DNA of 23,134 nt, from assembly GCA_041752695.1 (NCBI GenBank), contig JBGSVZ010000051.1, forward strand, positions 1-23,134, given 5' to 3'. Below, piece by piece: positions 9,012-16,338 of the stretch. The position numbers and the translations under genes were made by a program. Within the stretch, counting starts at the first letter, position 1; the number at the start of each line of letters is the position of its first letter. Origin of the DNA: Terrimicrobiaceae bacterium. GTDB taxonomy: Bacteria; Verrucomicrobiota; Verrucomicrobiia; Chthoniobacterales; Terrimicrobiaceae. The notes below the pieces were generated by a model. The model was not told where the DNA came from, ran no database searches, and worked only from the letters and a program-made list of their open reading frames with translations.

Positions 9012-10630
9012 AAAAGTTTGGCAATACGCTTACCGTTTTCGCCATCAAAGTATAAGATGGTTCCTTGCTGAGAGTCGATTTGCTTTTCGAGGTGTCCAAG
9101 TGCATTATAAAAGTATCGCTTGCTGATTTCTGGATACTCTCCACTCAGTTCGGTAATTTTATCAAGCGACGCTCTCCCTTGATCGTCAAATTCGCGATAG
9201 AAGGTGCGACTGGGGGTGACGCTCCCTTCGTCAAAGACAGTTTCTTTCTCCCAGCTCCCATCTTGAGCAAAAAGTTTTTCGGAATGGATTTTCCCGTCGA
9301 TCATGATTTTTACTTCCCGTCCCTTGGCGTCGTAAAAATATTGGAGTGTTCTTCCATCCTTAGAACGCACGGTTGAGATTCGCCCCTCATTGTAGTCCAC
9401 CGTGTAAGATGGCTTTCCATCGACTAGCCGGGTCTGCAAAAGTTTTTGTCCTGATTCGCTGTATGAGAACTGATTGATTTCCCCATTTTCGAAGATTTCC
9501 CTGAATAGATTTCCTTTTTCGTCGTAGGACGCCTGATAAGTCGTCGTTGTCTTGCCCTCGGCTATTTCCTCACGCTTGCGAAGCGCACCAGCCAATTTTC
9601 CAGAAGTAAACCAACTGGTGATAATCTGGGTTCCGTCAAGTTTCTGAACCACTTCTTTTCCCTTAGCTTGATCGTAATGCCAGAATTCTTTTGCACCCTT
9701 ACTGCTGGTTCTTCCAATAGCCGCATTTTGACCAGCTATTTGAGCAGGCTCAACATCATATTTCCATTCCCCGTCCGATGTAACCACTCGCATTGCCGCA
9801 TTCCAAGTTATTTTCCGTTCGGCTGTTGACGTTCCGCCAATCCTCAGCGTTGGCTCCAATTTGCCGTCCACGGAATAGTCAAACGTCTTTGATTGACCGT
9901 CAGGCGTAGTGATTTTCCCTAGAGCCCAATCCATGCCCGCAACCACGTTCTTGCCTCGGATATCTTGTATCCTCGGCTTCTCCACCCGTTCCAAGCCAAT
10001 GCGTTTATCTCCAACCAGCAAGCAGAAAACGTTGTTTTTTCCATCTCGCTCGACTTTTAGCAGAACCGTCGTGCCTTCGATGATGTCGGCAGCGACTCCA
10101 TCGGGATTTCGCCGAATCTCGAGTGTTCTATTTTTAGGCGTGGTGATTCCCGAAATTTTCCCCTTTGTGAACTGAAGCTTCCAACCGCACTCTGCCCACA
10201 CCGTAACTGCGTCGCCCTTGACCTCTGCTTTCCAGCCTTGTGCTCCATTGAGAATCGACGAATTCTTCGGGTCGCGTCCGAAGGGAACCGTGTAGCCATC
10301 AATAGAAATCATATCGAACGCATTTTCGCTTCTCTGAACGAAATGAGCATCGAGAAGTCCAAAAAGCCATCCACTGCCCAGGTGGGTCGAAGGGACAAGC
10401 GTCTCCCAATCGGAGCGGAATCCGATGATGAGGGGAAGAACGGTTCCGTCCGACAGCTTGATTTCCCCAAGTTGATCCCAGTAGCTGACGAACCCATATT
10501 CGTTGACGCCATCGAAATGCGTCTCCGGCTTGCGGAAGTCGCCACAGGATTTTGCCGTGGAGACTGAAGCAACACAGATGACAACGACCGCCCCCAGAAT
10601 CGTTCGGTATTTTGAAGGCAAGACGTTCAT
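9005..10630 (-). CDS. Exported YD-repeat (Rhs-like) protein without Rhs core or toxin tip
   Basis: Signal peptide; HLGSGW motif resembling the Rhs N-terminal LGxGW; YD-type repeats (YDQAKG, YDEKGN, YSESG, YNEG, YDAKGR, FDDQGR, YNALGH); no DPxG cleavage motif. Confidence 0.82.
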   Translation of the reverse strand: MNVLPSKYRTILGAVVVICVASVSTAKSCGDFRKPETHFDGVNEYGFVSYWDQLGEIKLSDGTVLPLIIGFRSDWETLVPSTHLGSGWLFGLLDAHFVQRSENAFDMISIDGYTVPFGRDPKNSSILNGAQGWKAEVKGDAVTVWAECGWKLQFTKGKISGITTPKNRTLEIRRNPDGVAADIIEGTTVLLKVERDGKNNVFCLLVGDKRIGLERVEKPRIQDIRGKNVVAGMDWALGKITTPDGQSKTFDYSVDGKLEPTLRIGGTSTAERKITWNAAMRVVTSDGEWKYDVEPAQIAGQNAAIGRTSSKGAKEFWHYDQAKGKEVVQKLDGTQIITSWFTSGKLAGALRKREEIAEGKTTTTYQASYDEKGNLFREIFENGEINQFSYSESGQKLLQTRLVDGKPSYTVDYNEGRISTVRSKDGRTLQYFYDAKGREVKIMIDGKIHSEKLFAQDGSWEKETVFDEGSVTPSRTFYREFDDQGRASLDKITELSGEYPEISKRYFYNALGHLEKQIDSQQGTILYFDGENGKRIAKLLQ

Positions 10631-10659
10631 CGTTTCCAGTATTGGATGAAGTGGTCCGG

Positions 10660-10836
10660 CTATTCGCCGCTGCTGCTTGAACTGCTGGATGAGGAGCAGG
10701 AGGACTGCTGTAGCGGCATGATTCGGTCGAGCTTTTCTGCCCCCGGAGCAGTTTGTTTTGCGTAAGTGACCACGACCACGGCCCAGAGGGATACGACGAA
10801 GGTTGCGAGTCCGATTAATCCTTTGGTGTTATTCAT
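10660..10836 (-). CDS. 58-aa exported or membrane peptide with C-terminal Ser tract (not in ORF track)
   Basis: Manual translation MNNTKGLIGLATFVVSLWAVVVVTYAKQTAPGAEKLDRIMPLQQSSCSSSSSSSSSGE; mixed Ser codons; lies between the predicted promoter and the YD gene. Confidence 0.65.
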   Translation of the reverse strand: MNNTKGLIGLATFVVSLWAVVVVTYAKQTAPGAEKLDRIMPLQQSSCSSSSSSSSSGE

Positions 10837-10865
10837 GGCTTGGCTGTGGTGGTTGTCCCGTTCGG

Positions 10866-10895
10866 ATTACAAAAGAACAATTGCTCCACTGTCAA
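10866..10895 (-). promoter_or_regulatory. Candidate sigma70 promoter for the peptide-YD operon
   Basis: Minus strand TTGACA (10895-10890), 18-nt spacer, TGTAAT (10871-10866), about 30 nt upstream of ATG 10836. Confidence 0.5.
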
Positions 10896-10920
10896 CCAAA
10901 AACCGACACCAAAAACCGGC
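10895..10920. repeat. Tandem 13-bp direct repeat ACCAAAAACCG(A/G)C x2
   Basis: 10895-10907 and 10908-10920, one mismatch, abutting the -35 box. Confidence 0.7.
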
Positions 10921-10977
10921 ACGACTTTTGGATTTCGAGCCAATCCTATGAGCCCCATGGTTTTATGGCGCAAAAAA

Positions 10978-11364
10978 TCATCCACTGAGCGGAACCGTCA
11001 AATACGGCTCGACTTGCTCAATAAAGACGGGACCGAAAAGGCAATTGATTTGAGAGTCCAGTTCTACTGAAACGTCGTCTGTCCGGTCATATTCAACGCG
11101 TGCTCGATGGATCAGGCCTAGATGGACCTTATCAATGGTAAATTCGATCCCAAATTCCGCTTTACGGGCTTGTTCGGGGGAGGGTTCGTCCGCCGCAATC
11201 TCTTCGAGGAGAATCGACCTCCCACTTTTCCGTGCGTGACAGAGTTGGCGACGAATCGTTTCGTCAAAAAGAACACATTTGCCGTTCGGGAAAATCTCGA
11301 TGACGAATTCCCGACTCCCTACTCGGTAAGTCCATGCGAACAAAATCTGGTCAGCCGATGCCAT
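10978..11364 (-). CDS. Hypothetical protein
   Basis: 128-aa ATG ORF, co-oriented with and just downstream of the AAA+ gene; protein-like composition. Confidence 0.5.
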   Translation of the reverse strand: MASADQILFAWTYRVGSREFVIEIFPNGKCVLFDETIRRQLCHARKSGRSILLEEIAADEPSPEQARKAEFGIEFTIDKVHLGLIHRARVEYDRTDDVSVELDSQINCLFGPVFIEQVEPYLTVPLSG

Positions 11365-11419
11365 TGCGAAAACACTTTACGGAATTCCAAGAGTCGCCGC
11401 AACATTTCATGGAATGGCG

Positions 11420-12316
11420 TCATCGTTCAATCGTCAATGCGTCGGAGAGTGACGAGACGATGAGGGTTCCAGTCGGATCGTCCCCAGACTTCATTGCCTG
11501 ACGAATGGCATCTCCCATAAACTTCTGAACGGCTTTTTTCATGGGCCGGGCACCAAGGGTTTTGTGAGTGCCTCGCCGAACGAGAAATTCAACGGCAGAT
11601 TCACTCAGGGACAACGCGAACCCGCGCTGACGGAAGCGGTCAAGTTCCTCGGCGATGGCAAGCTGCCCGATTTCCCGTTGGGTATCCGGCGACAGCGGTC
11701 TGAAAACGATTTTTTCATCAAATCTTCCGACAAGCTCTGGGCGAAAGAAGCGGTGCAGTTCGGAAATGACTGCCCGCTCCAGTGTCGCGAAGGGGAGTCG
11801 TGTTGGGCGCAAAAGCTGCTGAGAGCCGATATTGCTGGTGCAGACGATGTAGAATCCGGAAAGGTCATAGGCGCGGTGATCGGCCAACGTGATTCGGCCC
11901 GCGTCGAGCATCTGCAAAAAGAGATCCCATATCAGCCGATGCGCTTTTTCGATTTCATCAAATAGGAGGACACCTTGCCGATGCTCGGAGAGAACCTTTC
12001 CCAACCGCCCACGGTTGCCGGTTTCATCGCCCATGAATAGCTTCACGTTGTCGAGGTGAAGGAACTCCGACATGTCGAACCGAAAAACGGCATCTTCCCC
12101 GAAGAGGAAACGGGAGAATTCCAGCGTCAATTCCGTTTTCCCGACTCCGGTAGGGCCAAGGAAAAGAAATGAACCGAGTGGTTTTCCTGTCGGTTGCAAG
12201 CCAAGCTGGCCGCGTTCGAGAACGGAACAGACGCGAGGAATGACATGGCCTTGTCCTTTGATCTTGGAACTGAGATGGGGTTCGAGGTCGGTGAGGTATT
12301 CAATGAGGTCGTTCAT
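11420..12316 (-). CDS. Stand-alone ClpB/ClpA D2-type AAA+ ATPase
   Basis: Start ATG 12316 (ATGA overlap with the coupling-protein stop). KIKGQ, FLFLGPTGVGKTEL, RFDMSEF, LLFDEIEKAH, TSNIG, FRPELVGRFD and GARP motifs; no D1 or N-domain. Confidence 0.9.
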   Translation of the reverse strand: MNDLIEYLTDLEPHLSSKIKGQGHVIPRVCSVLERGQLGLQPTGKPLGSFLFLGPTGVGKTELTLEFSRFLFGEDAVFRFDMSEFLHLDNVKLFMGDETGNRGRLGKVLSEHRQGVLLFDEIEKAHRLIWDLFLQMLDAGRITLADHRAYDLSGFYIVCTSNIGSQQLLRPTRLPFATLERAVISELHRFFRPELVGRFDEKIVFRPLSPDTQREIGQLAIAEELDRFRQRGFALSLSESAVEFLVRRGTHKTLGARPMKKAVQKFMGDAIRQAMKSGDDPTGTLIVSSLSDALTIER

Positions 12317-13845
12317 GATGTGGTGCCAGGTTGAGGTTTCTTGCCTTTGAGCCATTGCCACAAGGCGTAGTCGGGACGGGATGAGACAAACCATTTCGGG
12401 CAGGTGCCGTCGGGGTTGATCGGTGCAACGAACCGCTTGCGGAATGGTTTTTCGCAATGGCGTATAATCGCGGAAAACTTCGGTAGCTTCCGCAACTGAT
12501 ATGGCTCAAAGAACGGTTTGATTTTGCGTTGGTAGTTGTAGGACCGCTTCCCTCCGGCCCAGCCCCAGGATTTTTCCACAACTTCACGCTCGCCGATGTT
12601 TTTCGACGCGATGACCGCGGAATCATGATTCGCGACGGTGAAGATCAATTCATTGCTCAAATTGAGCATGAGCACGTCGGCATAGCGTTTATCGAGCGAA
12701 CCGTGAATGGACGTGTAGGCTTGGGTGGCAAGCACGATGGTTGCCCGCGCCTCGCGAATCACTCCCGCTGCCCGGTGGTCGGCAAAGGCGGATTCCGCGC
12801 CGGTAATGATTTCCTGTCCTTCGTCCGCAAAAAGAATGATCAGATTATCCTTATCGCGCTGCTCGGCGGATTTGTCGAATCGGCTCAAGGCGTGGAAATA
12901 GTAAGACAATTTCAGGATCGTATTGATGTAGAGCCGCTCGCTCTGGAATTTCTGCGGCATGGCGAGACAAACGATTTTTCCAGCATCGATTTCGGAAACG
13001 GAGAATGTCGGCTCGTTGGCACAGAAGACCTCGGAGATTTCCGGGTTCAGGAAAAATTCAAGATAGGTGCTCAAAGTTCCCTGAACGCCGCCAAGCTGTT
13101 CGTCTGGCTGGTCGAGGTAACTGCGAAACGACGTGATGAGTTCGTGGGAGCGTTGATCGCCACGATTCATCAGAGTTTCAATCGCGGCGTTGGAATCTTC
13201 CGCACTGAGCAAAAGCCGATGAATGTTCGGAATGGTGACGTAGGCTTCCATGTGCCGGAGAATTTCAAAGCCGGTTTGAATCGCGAGCTGGGCCTTGGTC
13301 GGGAAAAATGGATTCCCGCCGCGCCCGCCGGTCAAAGACACTGCTGTATCCACGATGACTTTCGCGTAGGTCGAAGCAGGAACATTGGGGTTCCCGGTTA
13401 TGTTGATGGTGTGAGGAGGCCGCCAAAGCGCGTCTTCACCTGACGGCCGGGTTTGCAGCAAAACAAGATCTTTCCCGCGCCCGAAGTGCGCGGCCATCTT
13501 CACGAGAATTTCCCAATAAAGTCCTTTCTGATCGAGACAGATGCCGCCCCAATTTTTGACGTTCTGGAAAATCTGAAACGTGACGGCGTTAATCGCACAT
13601 TGGGTTTTTCCTGAACCCGTGCGCCCGGTGATGAGCCACCCGCGCACAAAGTCCTCCATTGTCCAAGTCAGTCCGCCCAGCCGGAGGACTATTTTCCCGG
13701 AATTGTCCGCTGCCATCAAGCTCCACCCTCCGAACAAAACGCAAAAACCAATGACAACGAGCGAGATCGGCGGCGCGAGCAGGAAATATCCTGCCAGCGC
13801 ACCGGCGGTGCACAACAGATAGAGAATGGAATCAATGATTTTCAT
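12313..13845 (-). CDS. Type IV coupling protein (VirD4/TraD/TraG-like)
   Basis: Two N-terminal TM helices; Walker A ITGRTGSGKT; LDQKG; Walker B LFADEGQ; IREARATIVLATQ motif; located in a relaxase operon. Confidence 0.9.
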   Translation of the reverse strand: MKIIDSILYLLCTAGALAGYFLLAPPISLVVIGFCVLFGGWSLMAADNSGKIVLRLGGLTWTMEDFVRGWLITGRTGSGKTQCAINAVTFQIFQNVKNWGGICLDQKGLYWEILVKMAAHFGRGKDLVLLQTRPSGEDALWRPPHTINITGNPNVPASTYAKVIVDTAVSLTGGRGGNPFFPTKAQLAIQTGFEILRHMEAYVTIPNIHRLLLSAEDSNAAIETLMNRGDQRSHELITSFRSYLDQPDEQLGGVQGTLSTYLEFFLNPEISEVFCANEPTFSVSEIDAGKIVCLAMPQKFQSERLYINTILKLSYYFHALSRFDKSAEQRDKDNLIILFADEGQEIITGAESAFADHRAAGVIREARATIVLATQAYTSIHGSLDKRYADVLMLNLSNELIFTVANHDSAVIASKNIGEREVVEKSWGWAGGKRSYNYQRKIKPFFEPYQLRKLPKFSAIIRHCEKPFRKRFVAPINPDGTCPKWFVSSRPDYALWQWLKGKKPQPGTTS

Positions 13846-14083
13846 CGGTGGATTTCGGTTTGAAGGTTGTTGTCAGGAACTCGAATAGTCGGCGCTCCGG
13901 ATCGGGAATGCTCTGGGTGTAGGACTTGAAATTGACCGTGGTGACGGCGGACCCGTCCTCATAGGACTGGTGGGAAAACCCATCCACGTTCGCCGGTCGA
14001 AAAACGAAATCCTGGCAGAGAACGAAATCAGAGTTTGTGACCTTGTTGCCGATGGCTGTGTGTGATGGTGCTTCGATTGGCAT
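13832..14083 (-). CDS. Small hypothetical protein in the mob operon
   Basis: Probable start ATG 14083 (83 aa); fills the gap between relaxase and coupling protein and overlaps both. Confidence 0.55.
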   Translation of the reverse strand: MPIEAPSHTAIGNKVTNSDFVLCQDFVFRPANVDGFSHQSYEDGSAVTTVNFKSYTQSIPDPERRLFEFLTTTFKPKSTDENH

Positions 14084-15155
14084 ATGCGTTGAATCCGTGG
14101 GTTTGCGAATAGCGTTTGTGGGCGGCGCGATAGTCCCGCTTGATCTTGAAAAGCAGGTTTTGCATTTCCCGGAGCGAGCGACGGTCAACGGCAGTGGCGA
14201 GTTTTTCCACGGTGCGAGTGAGTTTCGGTTTGGGCCGACCCCACAAACGGGAAAAAAGATTCGCGTTCCGCTGCACTGCGAGAAACTGTCTTTTGGCGGC
14301 GATGGCCGTTTCGAGGTTGCGAATCGCTTGATAGGACTGCTGCAAGCGGATCGCTTCGGCGGTTTGAGCGTTCCTTAAGGCTTCCATGTGGGCCTTCGAG
14401 AGACGTGGCGCGAAGATGATTCTGTCGGAATCCAGCCGTTTCGAAAGGCGTTCCTCCAATTCCTGCGGAGAACTCATGACGTTTGCCCAACGGTTGCTCT
14501 CCTGTTCAAACCAAGAACGCAGATAGGACATTTGGTTCTTGTGGCCCCCGGTGGTCGAGCGTGACATGCTGCATCCGACATATGCTCCCTTTTTTGTGCG
14601 GGGACAGAGCGCAACATGGACATGCAAATTGTCGGTGTCGTGGTGAATGCCGAAGGCGTAACCGATGGAATCTGTCGAGTGGAACCGTTCCGCGAATTTC
14701 TCCATCACCTTCTTTGTTGTGGAGTGCAAAACGCGGTCGGGATTGATGCCCGCCGCGACCAGCTTGTCGTGCATTTCGCGAGACATCGAGAACACGAGCC
14801 GGTGCTGAATGACGGGGTTTTCCGATGAAGTCGGGAACTTCCGAATGTGATTGAACCACGCATCGGCGATGCGCCGTTTGCGTTCCGTATTGGTCATCTG
14901 AGACGGAGCGGTTCGGGTGCCGTCTGGATTCTCCACGATGAGATGATGAAGGAAGCCGCCTGCGTGAACCTGGCCGAACGTTTCTTTCGAGGCGTAATCG
15001 CCAAACTGTTTGAGTTTCTGACCGAGGCTGGATTTTTTCGCGGAGTCGATTCCCTGGCGCTGGGAAACTTTTCGCTGAGAGGTTTCGTCGAGATATTCGA
15101 GATCAAGCCGCGAACGCCATGTGGTTTTGCGTGCGAAGATAATGCCGTTTTTCAT
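14028..15155 (-). CDS. Conjugative relaxase, MOB-P-like HUH endonuclease
   Basis: Start ATG 15155 (ATGA overlap). Candidate catalytic Tyr LEYLD; motif II HRLVFS; 3H motif GIHHDTDNLHVHVAL; helical basic C-terminus. Confidence 0.88.
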   Translation of the reverse strand: MKNGIIFARKTTWRSRLDLEYLDETSQRKVSQRQGIDSAKKSSLGQKLKQFGDYASKETFGQVHAGGFLHHLIVENPDGTRTAPSQMTNTERKRRIADAWFNHIRKFPTSSENPVIQHRLVFSMSREMHDKLVAAGINPDRVLHSTTKKVMEKFAERFHSTDSIGYAFGIHHDTDNLHVHVALCPRTKKGAYVGCSMSRSTTGGHKNQMSYLRSWFEQESNRWANVMSSPQELEERLSKRLDSDRIIFAPRLSKAHMEALRNAQTAEAIRLQQSYQAIRNLETAIAAKRQFLAVQRNANLFSRLWGRPKPKLTRTVEKLATAVDRRSLREMQNLLFKIKRDYRAAHKRYSQTHGFNAYANRSTITHSHRQQGHKL

Positions 15156-15382
15156 AGTGAGTCGTTGAGGCGTTCGAGAACGCGGTCGATTTTGGAGTCC
15201 ATGCCGATCAGGATTTGCGGATCGATCTTGTCTTTGATCGAAACCGCAAAAAGGATGGCCTCGAAGGTTGCGGCCCTGCTCGGAAGTCCGAAAGCTTGAT
15301 GGAGGGTTTGAAAGCGCGAATGCGCTTCGGTGGTGCAGTCCACATGGAACTGCTTGATGCCCGGTTTCTTTTGGTAGGCCAT
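15152..15382 (-). CDS. MobC-like ribbon-helix-helix relaxosome accessory protein
   Basis: 76 aa from ATG 15382; RHH pattern QFHVDCTTEAHSRFQTLHQAFGLPSRAATFEAIL; coupled to the relaxase and next to oriT. Confidence 0.72.
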   Translation of the reverse strand: MAYQKKPGIKQFHVDCTTEAHSRFQTLHQAFGLPSRAATFEAILFAVSIKDKIDPQILIGMDSKIDRVLERLNDSL

Positions 15383-15473
15383 ATTTATTAATGAGGTTAA
15401 GTATTTGGTTTTGGTGGATGGAAAATGGTGAGCGGCAGCGAGTCTTTCCGAAGGGCGCCTGACGCCCGGAGGA

Positions 15474-15540
15474 ACGGAGGAAAAACCGAGTTTTTTCCGG
15501 CTCCGTGATTTCCAACGGAAATCGCTATCCTGTATTACCT
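15474..15540 (+). other. oriT: Candidate oriT, nic predicted between 15532 and 15533
   Basis: IR GTGATTTCC-aac-GGAAATCGC (15505-15525) followed by TATCCTG|T, like IncP CTATCCTG|C and R64 CATCCTG|T; a second IR at 15474-15506; located upstream of mobC/relaxase. Confidence 0.75.
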
Positions 15541-15688
15541 CTAACCTACGAACGGGGTTGATGAGGTCAGGGCTGGCAGAGTGCCGGGATGCGTTCACCG
15601 GGTTGAACGCAAAAGGTAAAACGGCTGCCAGATTCAGGGATTTCCATGGTGCAAGAGGTAATGTCCGGCTCTCGGACTGGATAAACCC

Positions 15689-15774
15689 GCCGATTGATGA
15701 ATGGCCAGGAGCGAAGCGGACGCCTTTCATCAATGGGCGGTCGTGGCGCAAATCGCCGTCCCAGGTGAGCTGAT
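15689..15774 (+). repeat. Structured 86-bp repeat, copy 1
   Basis: Ungapped 68/86 identity to 16139-16224 by manual alignment; contains GAGCGAAGCGG. Confidence 0.9.
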
Positions 15775-16138
15775 TTGCGGGGTTTGCGATGGCAGCCAAG
15801 GCGAGAGGTCGAGGCCTTGGCCAGACATCGCGGACCCCGCAAATGAGCGGAGGGCTTGCCGGAACTGGCATCGGTAAGCCCGAAAAAACAGGTCGGCGAC
15901 AGGTGACAGCGCCGAATCGTTCCGCCCGGAGCCGGGTGTCGGGGCGGAGGGGCGAGGACGGAACAATTGGGCGCGCGCAGCCAAGCGAGTCGGGAAAGTT
16001 GTGCTGATGAGCGGCCTCAGTGAGGGAGGGCAGGGCCAGAGGTCGCAGTCCCTGCCTCCCGGAACAGAGGCCGCTCATGAGCACAGTCATAGCCGGGGTG
16101 CTGGATAGACTATCCGCCGATCGGTTGCCGGTGATGTT

Positions 16139-16224
16139 GCCGATTGCAGAATGGCGGGGAGCGAAGCGGGCGCTTTTCTGCAATGGGCAACCCGGGCGCA
16201 AGTCGCCCATCCCGGTGAGCTGAT
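16139..16224 (+). repeat. Structured 86-bp repeat, copy 2
   Basis: 450 bp downstream of copy 1, with compensatory stem changes. Confidence 0.9.
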
Positions 16225-16338
16225 GGGACGGAGACGGTAGGCACGTGGGGCAAGCCTGCGCCGCCCCCGGTGCCGTCAGCGGCTCCGGCCCATGAGCGAG
16301 AGACAGGCGCGGGTGCGCGATGATGGAGCGGTGAATTC

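Larger units (their letters stand above)
15560..16300. other. Highly structured non-coding region (ssDNA signals or ncRNA)
   Basis: Nearly contiguous hairpins, an 86-bp duplicated covarying unit, and three rods closed by GCTGAT/ATGAGC. Confidence 0.75.

Noticed and set aside
10660..10705. Ser/Cys tract as a thiazole/oxazole or lanthipeptide RiPP core
   Set aside because: No YcaO, LanB/C/M or radical SAM genes in the window, and the N-terminus looks like a Sec/TM segment rather than a RiPP leader.
11420..12457. Calling the AAA+ gene clpB, a clpB pseudogene, or T6SS clpV
   Set aside because: It has only the D2 module with a clean coupled start and intact motifs, and no T6SS genes are nearby.
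16004..16011. CTGATGAG resembling a hammerhead ribozyme core
   Set aside because: It is paired within a long stem with CTCATGAG, and there is no properly placed GAAA or three-way junction.
15689..16297. CRISPR array or integron attC interpretation of the repeats
   Set aside because: No identical regularly spaced repeats, no RYYYAAC/GTTRRRY ends, no cassette ORFs between units, and no cas or intI gene.
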